This document shows positions 11,392 through 23,800 of a DNA stretch of 64,000 bases, piece after piece. Origin of the DNA: Podarcis vaucheri. Lineage: Eukaryota. The notes under the pieces were generated by a model that did not search any database, was not told where the DNA came from, and saw only the letters and a program-made list of their open reading frames with translations. The stretch's first letter is position 1. Each line of letters opens with the position of its first letter. Where the stretch lies: the NCBI GenBank assembly GCA_965113315.1, contig OZ220364.1. One strand, written 5' to 3'. Position numbers and translations under genes: made by a program.

Positions 11392-14300
11392 CCGGCAGAA
11401 AACATAGTTTGGATCCTACTTTTTGTTGCAAAGCTCCACAATGGAAAGTCAATGGGAAAGAAAAGCTGTCCGTTTGGAGTGTCCCAGGCTGAATGAGGCG
11501 GGTAAACAGAAGGAAATACTGCCACATAAATTATTGTAGGAGGGAAAATGGTAAAGCCAGGTAGGAAGGTTGCAGTCGTATTTGAATATATCTGACTGTT
11601 TAGCGTCAGACCAAGTGGTACGAATAAAGGAAACTTCAAATATAAGTCAATAATTATTTTCTAAACAATATTGCACAGAACACGGATTATTTATTAAACA
11701 ATATTGCACAGAACACAGATTAAAACGCCCCTTTAAAATACCCTTCACATAATCATAACTCAAATATACTAAGGTTACAAATTTTATATTTTTTTCAATT
11801 TAACAGTATATAGAAGACAAATATTTCTTAATCAAATTTATTGGGTAAAATACAAATACTTTGGTAGGAAAACTATTACTCTATTTGGTACTCTAGCTGG
11901 CTTGCATGATCAAATAAATACCTGTAATAAGTAACATACATATTTACAAAACAAAACATTTAAAATATGAAAAGTTCCTATTTAGCAAATACACATTATG
12001 TTAAGTGATTTTAGCTTTATACAAACTCCCTGCAGTTTCTAGGATGAGGGCCTAATACTGCAATCTGGTGTGAAATGCAATGAGAAGTATAGACTACTGA
12101 TATGTACAAAACTATTGACATATTTTCTTATACATCTTATATATGAAGTGCATCCTAATTAAAAGCAATATACCTAATTCTATTAAAACACAGGTATTGC
12201 ATTCTCTAAATTCATGTATTAATGATCACACAATAGCTAATGATTACAGTAATTAATCCTACAGCTCTAGTATTTAACAGGATGCAATTTTGACAAGTCT
12301 ATTATTCTTTCTAATCATAGTGTACTATAAGGTAATAGTACCAAAAAAGACAGACTCTGTTGGTAAGGTTTGAAAACGCCTTCAGATACAGCAAAACCAA
12401 TTACATAATCTTTACTAGCCTGGGCATTTCTGTTGAAAGGAAGACGCATCTCAAAATTGTTTCACACTCAGTGCTAAAATTACACTATATGTGCAATCAA
12501 GATGAAATTGAAGATATAAACAATGGGACATATACTGCACACCTTATGAAATCCTGCTCCTCCACTGGCTCACAGAAATTTTATTACAGTGATAAAGATT
12601 ACTAATACGTGTGGCATGAAGATGCACAACATTTGCATTTCCAAACAGGTGTGACCAAATGCTGTTCATTTTAAGCACTATATTTTGTTACTGAACATCA
12701 AACATAGAAAATAGTTGTACTTTTGTGTACTTATTTTTATTTAGTTGTAGTGTATGTACTATAATCACTTTCCTGGGCGTAAACACTATTGAACTTTGTG
12801 GGACTTCTGAGTAAACATACATATTACTGTGGTGTTAGAACGCCCAAGTTTCACAGAACAGACACCACGACACTGCCACACCCCTTCCCATTAGAAAAAA
12901 GGTCTAAATGCTTATAAATTGATTGCACAATCAAAATACTAATTATTGTTCTATTGAATACCTTTAACTTTCCTCCTTTTATTTGCCATGGTATACTTAT
13001 TTGGTCAATCTACAATGAGACAAACTGGACACATAGGTATGTCCCCCTTAATGATAATAACAATGCAATAAATGATTTATTGGGTTCCTCAAAGCATTTG
13101 TGTATTAGATCAAATGAACTAAATTGAAGTCTGCAGGAGTAGGACTAATGACTAGAGATTTGTGATATTTATTTATTTAACAAAACCGCTTGGTTGTTAT
13201 AAAGAGTGAGATAGACAAATAAGTTAGCTAGCGGAGGTGGGAGACTTTCGACATACTGTATAAGATTAGTAAGTCTGTCTTGCACACCTATCAATAAGAA
13301 TATAAGTCTAAGAAAATCGTATTGCGATGAAACTATTCTACCAACACCCAGCCATAAACTTATGATTTGCTGCTGATAGCACAAGACTTGCTTCAGAGAT
13401 CCCAGCATCACACAAGGGCAATCTTTCACTCAAATAGCACTATCATTGCTGCTTACGTTCAAAGAAGCATATCCCTTACCAATAACAGAAGCATTATAAC
13501 ATGGGGGAGAGAGGCAATCAATTCCTTGTATCCCACCAGTCCAGGATATCTTTGGCTTCTAATTACAGTATAGCTTTGCCCTGTTTAAGAACTGAATCAA
13601 AGCAATTTTCCATTTGCTTTTAAGGGCAAGCACCTTTCTGTGCTAGTTGATTTCCACACCAACATAGTTTGCATGGCTTTGTGTAAATGTGTAAGTTCCT
13701 GGAGGGATAAAAATGTGTAAGTTCCTGGAGGGGATTGAGGCTGCTGTGCTGCTTTCCTGGTCGTCCTCCTGCCATACTACCATCAGCTAAGCCATGGTTT
13801 GGCTTACTATGTCTGAACCTGGGCTCATGGTTTGTCTTGCTCTAGACAAACCGTGGTTCTGGCTTTGGAGGACACCGCTAGGCCAAGCCATGGCTTAGCC
13901 CGGAGCAATAGGAGAACCAGGGAAGAATGTAACACCTGTGATCTCTCTGGGAACTTGCATGCTGTGGTGTCAGCCTGTGCTTGCATCACAAATACAATAG
14001 GAGATACGATTAAGCTGTGTCTTTGGCCATAACCAGTTTCACACTGGGCAATAACTGAGTATTCCAGTCCTCATGTTCACTCCTTGACTCCAGATGTTAA
14101 AGGATAAGCAAGACGAAAGCCTACTCTCACCACCATATATAACACTAACAGGATGAAACATTGTACCTGAAATATTGCCATAAAGAGGCTAAAAGTGTGT
14201 TTGGGGGGGGGGAGAAGATTCCAACCCTTCTAAAGAAAGTTTAAAAGGCATGTTCAGCCCAAAAGTTTACTTGGAAATTAGTCCAAATGGCTTCATTTCT

Positions 14301-14449
14301 GAATAAATATTGTAAAAGTCTGGGAGCATAAGACTTCAGTCCTATGCAAACTTTAAACCACACTAAACAGTGTATGGATCACTTTCAAGCCAACATGTAT
14401 AGCAGTGTGCTGCATAGAAACCAGCATAATATACTTAAGTAGGAAGATA

Positions 14450-14675
14450 CAGTGGTACCTCGGGTTACATACGCTTCAGGTTACAGACTCCGCTAACCCA
14501 GAAATATTACCTCGGGTTAAGAACTTTGCTTCAGGATGAGAACAGAAATTGTGCTCTGGCGGCGCGGCAGCAGCAGGGGGCCCAATTAGCTAAAGTGGTG
14601 CTTCAGGTTAAGAACAGTTTCAGGTTAAGAACGGACCTCCGGAACGAATTAAGTACTTAACCCGAGGTACCACTG
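14450..14675. mobile_element. Tc1/mariner MITE, family A (opposite orientation to the 3524 copy)
   Basis: Perfect TIRs CAGTGGTACCTCGGGTTA / TAACCCGAGGTACCACTG. Confidence 0.9.
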
Positions 14676-15279
14676 TGCTCAGTACTGTATATGATTTGAC
14701 CCATGCCAACTACACAACTGAAAGAGGAATTGTAAAGCACCTTGTCTTCTGAAATGTTCTATGTAAATAAATTTATGTGCAATAAAGTCATTGCAATAAC
14801 AATGCCTATACATATCTAGTTATTACTGTAAAGGTTTAACCACTTTATAGGTAAGTGGCATAGTTTATGACAAACTATTATATTTACTCAGACACCTCAC
14901 AACAGCAGACAATAGCTCATCCTGTTCTAATGATAGCAAAACATTCTATGAGAAGGAGTTCGTCTAATCAACTGTTTTAAAGCCCCGATTTTCTTTCACT
15001 ATAGAAGCTGTCATTGTCAACCAGAATTGCCATACAGTACTGATTTGCCATCTTAAAATTACATAAACATCCTACAGTTTTTTACCAGAAGAACTAGTGC
15101 ACAGACTCCTACATCTGCATTCCTACATCTGCGCTTGCTGGCATTTGCTTCCAAGTGAACATCGTTTGGATCGGGCTGTATCAGTTTTACGTGCGGCTAA
15201 ATTGTTCAAAACGCTTCGAGGCTTGGATAGCGCTGCTTCTGCTTAGATCCGCTTGATGGCAATCCATGGAGGAACTCAT

Positions 15280-16030
15280 CCGAACTACAACTCCTATGAA
15301 ACCCCGCGCTGTTGCACAATCCGGGGCAGCGAGCGCAGGGCACCCCTGGAAGTTGTAGTTTCATTGGCCGGAAGCCCAGTAGAAGAAAAGGGGGACTTTC
15401 CGCCATCACCGGGACTACAAGCCCCAGCATGCTTTGGGTAACCCGGGGCGGTAATGGCGGCGGCAGCGCCTGCGCATTGCGGTCTCCGTGCGGACCGCGC
15501 AGAGTGAATAATAAAGCTCTCCTCCTCGGTGGTAGCGGGCGGCGGCGGAGGGAGTGGAAGGCAGGAGCATGTCGAAGGGCCCGGTAGCGACCGGGCCTCC
15601 CGCGACCGGGCCGGTGGCGCCCGCCAGCGCGCTCCAGGCGCAGCCCGAGAAGCCGCAGCACTACACGTACGTAGCGAGAACACCCGCAGCCGCCACTTAC
15701 TGCTGCTGCGACCGCCGCCGCCGCACCCCTCCGCCCGGCACCCGCCCGCGCGCCACACACGCCTGACGTCAGCGGGCAGCGTGCGGCTCGCGCGCACGGA
15801 AGCCAACCGCCCGCCCGGAACCGGCTGGAACCGGTCGTGGCCGGCCTGGGCCGGTGGAATTTCGCCTGAGTGGGAGGGGGCGGGGCGGGAGCTGACACCC
15901 CCCCCGCCGCCGCGCGCTTTTCCGTTCCCGCGCGCGAGTGCGCGCGCAAGAACAACCCCACATACATAATACACACACCCCACAAGCTGAGGCGCGCGAT
16001 ACCCATGATGCGTTGCGGCTCGCGCACCCC
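15280..16030 (+). promoter_or_regulatory. UNK CpG-island promoter
   Basis: Very GC/CpG-rich. ACTACAA-type ZNF143/THAP11 motifs at 15284, 15345-15359 (-) and 15414; CCGGAAG (ETS) at 15368; GGGACTTTCC at 15392; ATGGCGGC (YY1-like) at 15454; GCGCCTGCGCA (NRF1-like) at 15466. Confidence 0.8.
15569..15666 (+). CDS. UNK: UNK coding exon 1
   Basis: ATG at 15569; MSKGPVATGPP...PEKPQHY; donor gtacgt; phase 2. Confidence 0.93.
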
Positions 16031-17772
16031 ATGGCTCCCTTTACGTTGACTTGAGGGGGGTAGTGGGTACCTCTTTTAATCTTCCTCGCCCCCCCCCCCT
16101 TTCCCCAAATCATGTGTTTTGTACTTGGTAGTGTCTCTCTCGGCTCTGCCTTCTTCCGCTTAGTAAAACGGCAATGCGTCTTTCCATGCCGCCAAGTAGG
16201 ACGGTTGTGAACTCAAATATTGGAAAAACAAGTGGTTTAGTTTACTATGTTTCTATATAATCTTCGCTTTCTTTCTTTCTCAAGTACTAACCTCGTGTTA
16301 ACGGCCGTGGGCTTGTGGTAAACTCAAATAAGGGCATCCTTTATCTTATTTCGAACTGCCTTTTCTAGAGTAAAGGGACCATCCCATAAAAATCTAAGCT
16401 GCTCTTTGCCAGAGCTTTGACTTTCTTTGCTGTTCTTCCTTGGCACTGGGTTAGTTTGTCTTTCTCTCAGGAGATGCCCCGTTAAAATTTCAAGAATAAG
16501 GGAAGCTGTGGTGTGTGTTCTGTGAAGTAAAGGATGCCAAGCCCAGGAGAAACGTTATGTAGAGTAAATTGCTGTAATTCTAGGGGGGAAATGGTAAGAA
16601 AAGAGAGAGCAGAAAATAGTGTTTTTTCTCAGTCGCTGTAGTACAAAATGCTTTGGTAGAAAAATGTCAAAGGGATACTGAGTTCTGAAATAAACGGCCT
16701 GTTAGTGTTCTGTGGCAATTGTGTGAGGAAAGTATTGTTTTCACTCCATTCAGAAATCCTGGTAAATTCTCTTGTGACCTAATTCTGTGAATAACTGGCT
16801 AAGCAAATGCAGGTATTTTGGACCAGACAGTGAATTATGTGCCACTGGTGACATCACCAACCTCTGTAGCATTGCACTGCAGGTGCAAATCCACAAAGGA
16901 TGCTAGTACCTTGGCATAGTGTTGTGGGACAGTGGTACTACGCTAGAAACAGCCTTCATTTCTGTATGTGTCTTGTGGTATAATGCAAAGCTAATATATG
17001 GCATGGAATTGGCCAGAAATGAAGTACAGTCAGGTTAGAACTAAGAAAGTGCAACCCTTCATGTATCTTAGGCTGCAATCCTATACAGTGGTACCTCGGT
17101 TTAAGAACAGTCCTGTTTAAGAACGATTTGGTTTACAAACTCCGCAAAGCCGGAAGTAGTGTCCCAGTTTGCGAACTTTACCTTGGTCTAAGAACAGAAT
17201 CCAAATGGTGGAAGGGCACCAGTGGCGGGAGGCCTTATTAGGTAAAGCGTGCCTCGGTTTAAGAACGGTTTCGGTTTAAGAACGGAATTCCGGAACGGAT
17301 TAAGTTCGTAAACTGAGGTACCACTGTACCTACATTCCTTGGACTAAACCCATTGAACTCAGTAGGGCATACTTCTGATTGGACATGTGAATTGTCTCAA
17401 GGATATGGAGAAGTGGAATAAAAATGTTGTAAATCAATAAAATGCTTCAGAGCTAGTAATACCGCTACAAGCAGTCACTGTGTTTTAACTGATAACAAAT
17501 GTTAGTGCACAGTTGTCTTACTTGTAACACAGAAGATCCTGCTGCTGTAGCTTGCTCCAGTATACCTCCTCCATGCAAATGCTCATTTATTTAATAAGTT
17601 TTGAAATTAATGGCTTCCCAGCCAGAATGTGGTACACTGCTTCAGGAGGCAAAGTTGAACAATAAAATAAATTGGATACATAACTGTTGTGCAAAATTGC
17701 TTGGGTATTTGTTCTGCTGCTCAATTGGGACTCAACCAATTTTTATATCAGGCCTAGTTTACAAGTATGACT

Positions 17773-17813
<41 letters not shown>

Positions 17814-20800
17814 AAATGGTGAAAGAAATGATACCAGGAATACAGTTCATAGGTGTGTTTTTTTCATTTTTGCCTTGTGGGTGCATTTTGATTATTTTAA
17901 AGTTTACTGAACTCATCTGTGAGGTTTAAAAATCAGTTTTCTTGTAAAAATTTGCTCAGACAAGACTTGCTGGTAGACTTTGCAAATTGATGTTTCAAAT
18001 GCAGTCTATTCTTTGCGTGATCACACATATTTTACTATAGTAATCAGAGCTTATGCTGAAGTAAGTGTGAGCTTACTTAGGAGTAAGTGGGGTTAAGATT
18101 GCAGCCTTAGTGTAGCAAACGCATTTGTGTTCACAGAATGTAATGCTTGGCATTCATTTGCATTCATTTGCTTATATTTTTGGCATTTTTTTTGTTTTGT
18201 TTTGTTTTTGCAATGAGAGAACCATGTGTCTTCTGGTTCTGCTGACTGTAATCTGTCCTTGATCCCTTCTCTCAAAAAGTTACTAAAGTGTGCTGAATGT
18301 ACTGAAGTTATTAATAAGTTAACGTCTGCTTATAAGTGTAAGGAATTTCTTGCTGGACTGTTTCTTACATGCATATTTATGAAGTAATTAGTAATATGTG
18401 TATTTAATAGTGTGTTATGACTTCATCTACTGTGAGGAATTAAACAGTTGCCTTTTCAAAGTGAAAACTTTGAGAACTGAGATAATTGTTACTATACAAG
18501 TTGCTGAAGACTGTAGATATCTCCCTGAAGAAACATTATTGTTGCTTGAATCTGCCTTCCCCAGAAAAAAAAAACTGACAGCCACTTTTCACCAGCGTTA
18601 GAAACTGAGATATGAAAGCTAGGAGCTAAATGGCACCTTAAACCTAGGTTATGGGTGCAACAATGGAATATCTAGGCACACTTTTTAATAACAAGAATTG
18701 TTGTTGTTTAGTCGTTTAGTCGTGTCCAACTCTTTGTGACCCCATGGACCAGAGCATGCCAGGCACTCCTGTCTTCCACTGCCTTCTGTAGTTTGGTCAA
18801 ACTCATGCTGGCAGCCATCTCATCCTCTGTCGTCCCCTTCTCCTTGTGCCCTCAATCTTTCCCAACATAGGGTCTTATAACAATAATACAAAGCTGAAAG
18901 TTAATGAACTGCAGTTAAAATATTATGTTCATTTTTCATATGATCTAGTCCTTCCCCTACCTCCCTCCCTAATATTCTTAAGAGGGTCTGTTCTCTAATC
19001 TTTGGAGAGTAGCTGGAAGTAAAAGTTAAAGGGACCCCTGACCATTAGGTCCAGTTGCGGACGACTCTGGGGTTGCGGCGCTCATCTTGCTTTACTGGCC
19101 AGGGGAGCTGGCGTACAGCTTCCGGGACATGTGGCCAGCATGAGTAAGCTGCTTCTGGCGAACCAGAGCAGCACACGGAAACACCGTTTACCTTCCTGCC
19201 GGAATGGTACCTATTTATCTACTTGCACTTGATGTGCTTTCGAACTGCTAAGTGGGCAGGAGCAGGGACCGAACAACGGGAGCTCACCCCATTGTGGGGA
19301 TTCAAACCACCGACCTTCTGATCGGCAAGCCCTAGGCTCTGTAGGGAGGCAGAAAAAGGTTTTCCTTTCCTTCCACTCTACAGTTTTAATCTGAAATCTT
19401 AGGCACAGTACTGCGCTCAGAGCTCAGAAACTGCTCACGCTAATGACATTCCGTGTCACAAAATGCACATAGAATAATGAGAGTTTAGAACACTGCTTTC
19501 CACATATTAGGGACACTGAAATATGATCAGTTATTATTTTTATGTCTAATTGGGTAAAGCAAAATAAAAACCCAGAGAGCGAGAGAGAGAGTGTGTTCCT
19601 GTGTCCTTAACCAGCTGTACACCTTATACAGTGGTGCCCCGCAAGACGAATGCCTCGCAAGACGGAAAACCCGCTAGATGAAAGGGTTTTCCGTTTTGGA
19701 GGTGCTTCGCAAAACGAATTTCCTATGGGCTTGCTTCGCAAGACGAAAATGTCTTGCGAGTTCCTGCGGTTTTTTCCCCCTTTTTCCCAAGCTGCTAAGC
19801 CGCTCACCAGCTGATCCGCTAAGCCGCTCATCAGCTGATCCGCTAAGCCGCTCATCAGCTGATCCGCTAAGCCGCTCATCAGCTGATCCGCTAAGCCGCT
19901 AATAGCGCTAATCCGCTAATGGGCTTGCTTCGCAAGACGAAAAAACCGCAAGATGAAGAGACTCGCGGAACGGATTCTTTCCGTCTTGCGAGGCACCACT
20001 GTACTGGTTAAAGTAGTTGGGCTTGAAACGGTAGCAACATTTTCTCTCTTTTATAAGATGTTGGAATGTATTGACAATGGAAAGAATATAATTATGAAGG
20101 GGTTGTTGCTGGAATGTAAAAGTAGTTTTTGTATGCCATTTAAAAAACACAAATCTAGAAATTGTGGCTGTGTGAGAAAGATAAAATGTTTAGGCATTGG
20201 GCTGTTTGGAATACAAAGCTAAACCATGGTTTTGGTGTTACTTAAACAAGCCTAAAGACCACTCTCGTGCCCCTGGCACACATGATCCCACCTTCCCTTG
20301 CATGCCACAACACTTCCTTCCTGATTTTAAGCAAATCATAGTTCATCTCCCCCCCCCCAATTATTATTTTTTTGGCAAACTGTGGTTTGTGCTTGTGTGT
20401 GTCCCAGTTCTGTTATGTAGAAGTAAGTTTGCACTGGTGCATTGTCACCAAGGCTATGTATACTTTGCAGAACTTATATTATTATTTTAAAATGTGTAGA
20501 AAGGAAACCTAAATCCTGTGTCGACTAAAGCTGGTTTTATTTTTATTTGGAACAGTTTTGCCATTTTATGCTCTCATAAAATTCATTAGACTTCTAATTG
20601 TGGAGAGGAGCAAGAAGCTATGCAAGGTACTTATCTCTAGACCACTAGAAAATCTGTTTAACCTCTTGTCAGTTAGGCTTTTGGCTTGTTTCTCTCCAAA
20701 TAATCAAGGGTTTTAAACCACAATTAAGTTTCAACTATGGTTTAAAGAAGTGGTTCCCAAACTTTTTCGAGCCACCGTCCCTTTGGTTGCATAAAACCAA

Positions 20801-23800
20801 CTCTAGGGCTTCCTACCTTACCCTTCTGTATAAAAAGCATTACTGTACAGTCATACCTCGGGTTACAGACGCTTCAGGTTGCGTTTTTTCGGGTTACGGA
20901 CCGCCGAAACCCGGAAGTACCGGAACGGGTTACTTCCGGGTTTTGGCGGTCGCGCATGTGCAGAAGCGCCAAATCACAACCTGTGCAGTCGCACCGCTGC
21001 GGGTTGTGAACGTGCATCCCGCATGGATCACGTTTGCAACCCTAGCGTCCACTGTATTCAGAATAGTGGTTTGCACAAGCCACTAAGGAGTACAATAACA
21101 CATAAAAATCAAAACAATAACCATTAATTGCATATTCACTGAAAATGCAATGAAAAATATTTCATTTAAGTAGTGATGAACTTGATCCAGTGACACCAGT
21201 TTTTTGAAGTCATATAGTTATTTACATCTCCAGCACCTCACTGCTGCCCCCGTGCCTCTAAGCTCCCCTCCCAGGTAATCCCACCCACCCCAGAGGGCTG
21301 TACTGCACACTATGGGAGCCACTGGTTTAAAGTCATGTGTGAACAAGGCAAGAAAGTGAGTGAAATCATAGAATCATAATACACTCCTGAATTTGCCTTC
21401 CTTTTTTTTAACACCACAGATTTGCAATAAAGTTATAAACAAAGGTGTGTCTGCTTGAGGTGATTTAACCCCAAGAGTTCAATCAATGAGTGTGACATAT
21501 TAATTCTATCAGTCAACCATTAGCTCTTCCACTTGCAATCTGCAGAGCAGTTATTAAAAGGGAAAGCCTGAATAAGAGACAGTAAGAGTTTATAAGATGA
21601 GAACTATAAGGAGTAATAAGTGTGAAAAGCAGTGAGATTTCCATGTGAACAAAGCTCATTGTGCTGAAGAAGCTGAAGATCAAATGTAGTTATTGGCATG
21701 GTATGTTTGTCTCCTTTCATAGTAAAATGATCATGTGAAATATTTGTTTATTCCCATGCAAAACACTTAACTAGTGGTCTATTTTTATAAGCAAATAGAA
21801 CAGTGTTGGTGTTAAAAGGATTTCAGTGAGATTTCTAAGTAATGCTTTTTGGGAATTTTGCATCTTGATCTGGGCAACATGTTTCCTTCTAGCCAGGGGA
21901 CTATTAACACAGAACTCATGACTACCTACAGCAGACTGATTCAGGCGTAGTTTCTGTACCAAACTGAGCAAAACTTACTCCATTGCTGGATGTGGTTTTA
22001 CTTTTGCAATGTAGCAGCCTGTTTTTACACATGGTCAAGCTGATTAACTTGCTGATTAATAGGGAAACCTGTTTGGGGCAGTTACCTGAAAATTCTGTTG
22101 ATTTTAGCAATTAATTTTTTTCCCTCAGAGAAGCATTTTAGTTTCATTTTCAGTCAAGGTACTTTGGCTTAACTCTGTTATGAATCTGTCACACTAGGGC
22201 TGCAGTATCTAATTAAGTCAATGGGATTATTCAGGAGTTGGCTGCAGGCTACAAGCTTTATACTAAGACATACATACTTCCCTGTTCCTGGAGTTGAGGT
22301 GGCACCTGGAATCTGTTTACAGAGTTTTGGCTGTAGCATTGGGAAGCATTCTTCAGTATTCTGCTGGAAATAGATATAAGGACATGCTTATTTTGAATTG
22401 CAATTTTATAATTGCACTAAGAATACGTAGTTCTTGAAATGTTTTATTGGCTCTCAAGACCAATAAACATAGAAAACATAGTCATATGAAACATTTTACA
22501 ATTTTGCGCTCTGTGTTTTGGGGTGTGTGTGTGTGTTTTCCCAGAGTTGGGTGGGGATAGAGAATCAAGAAATGTTACAAAATAACAGAATGTCATGGCA
22601 GTTGTTACATATGACAGCAGTTAGATGAGAGCTTTATACATTTGTGGCATTGTGTGAACATCTTACTGAATGTTTTCATCTTCTGTTTAGCTACTTTCCT
22701 TAATTTTTGTAAATGAGTTATTTAAGGAACTAATCAGTGTCATTATTAATGCCAATACTTCCCCTTCCCCCCCAACAACACCCAGAAGTAGAGTCACTGA
22801 GAGTTTGATTGCAGTTTGACATGTTCCTGAAGTGAAGATGTTATAGTGCAAGGCAATACCAGTGAGTTCCACATGATTTGAAAGTTAAACCCAAGAATCA
22901 TTGGATTTTCACCTGTGTGTGGAAATTATACCTTGGAATATGTTAAAGGTAAAGGTAAAGGTACCCCTGCCCAAACGGGCCAGTCTTGCCAGACTCTGGG
23001 GTTTGTGCGCCCATCTCACATTTATTGGCCGGGGGCCAGCGCTGTCCGGAGACACTTCCGGGTCACGTGGCCAGCGTGACAACGCTGCTCTGGCGAGCCA
23101 GAGCCGCACACGGAACGCCGTTTACCTTCCCGCTGGTAAGCGGTACCTATTTATCTACTTGCCCCCGGGGGTGCTTTCGAACTGCTAGGTTGGCAGGCGC
23201 TGGGACCGAGCAGCGGGAGCGCACCCCGCCGCGGGGATTCGAACCGCCGACCTTTCGATCGGCAAGCCCTAGGCGCTGAGGCTTTAGCCCACAGCGCCAC
23301 CCGCGTCCCTTTGGAATATGTTAGACTGAAGCAAAATAAGCATTTCTTATGACCAATTGACAAGGCTGTATTCAAAGGAAGTGAAAGCAAGTGATCAGGT
23401 GTGTTAGGGGAAAAAATATTCATTTAAAAAAATGACTGGTTGTGCCAGAATGTTAATGGAGATGCACATTCAAAAGCAGTCACATTGAAAATGATCCACT
23501 TGGATTTATTCACTTGGATGCAAGAAGCATTGACACCTAGTGCATATTTAAATGCAGTCTGCATTAAGGACACCACAGATGAAAAAGCCCTCTTCTGTGT
23601 TGACATCTGCCTCATCTCTCCTAGTAGGGGCACTCTACAGAGGGCAGTGGAGTAGAAACATATTAACAGTCAGACACATTATTTCAGGAGTAGGGCGCCC
23701 TTAAGGTACCTGAGTCCCAAGCTGTCAGGGGCTTTAAAGATCAAAACCAGTATCTTGAACTGGGCTCAGAAATGAATCAATAGTCACTGAAGATCTTTTA

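Noticed and set aside
11662-13734. Short local duplications (about 28 bp at 11662/11695 and about 23 bp at 13685/13711)
   Set aside because: Ordinary slippage-type duplications in AT-rich intergenic DNA with no evident function.
15206-16113. Long overlapping ORFs (273, 229, 146 and 114 aa) on both strands
   Set aside because: Stop-poor shadows of the GC-rich UNK CpG island; only 15569-15666 matches a real protein.
19607-19902. ORFs with MSGLADQL / SRSSADPL repeats and a CRISPR-like look
   Set aside because: Translation of a 24-bp contiguous tandem repeat inside a MITE. There are no spacers and no cas genes, and the DNA is eukaryotic.
22901-23423. Several 66-97 aa ORFs, mirrored at 57592-57975, and tRNA-like A/B boxes
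   Set aside because: All lie within Sauria SINEs. The boxes are the SINE Pol III promoter, not a tRNA gene.
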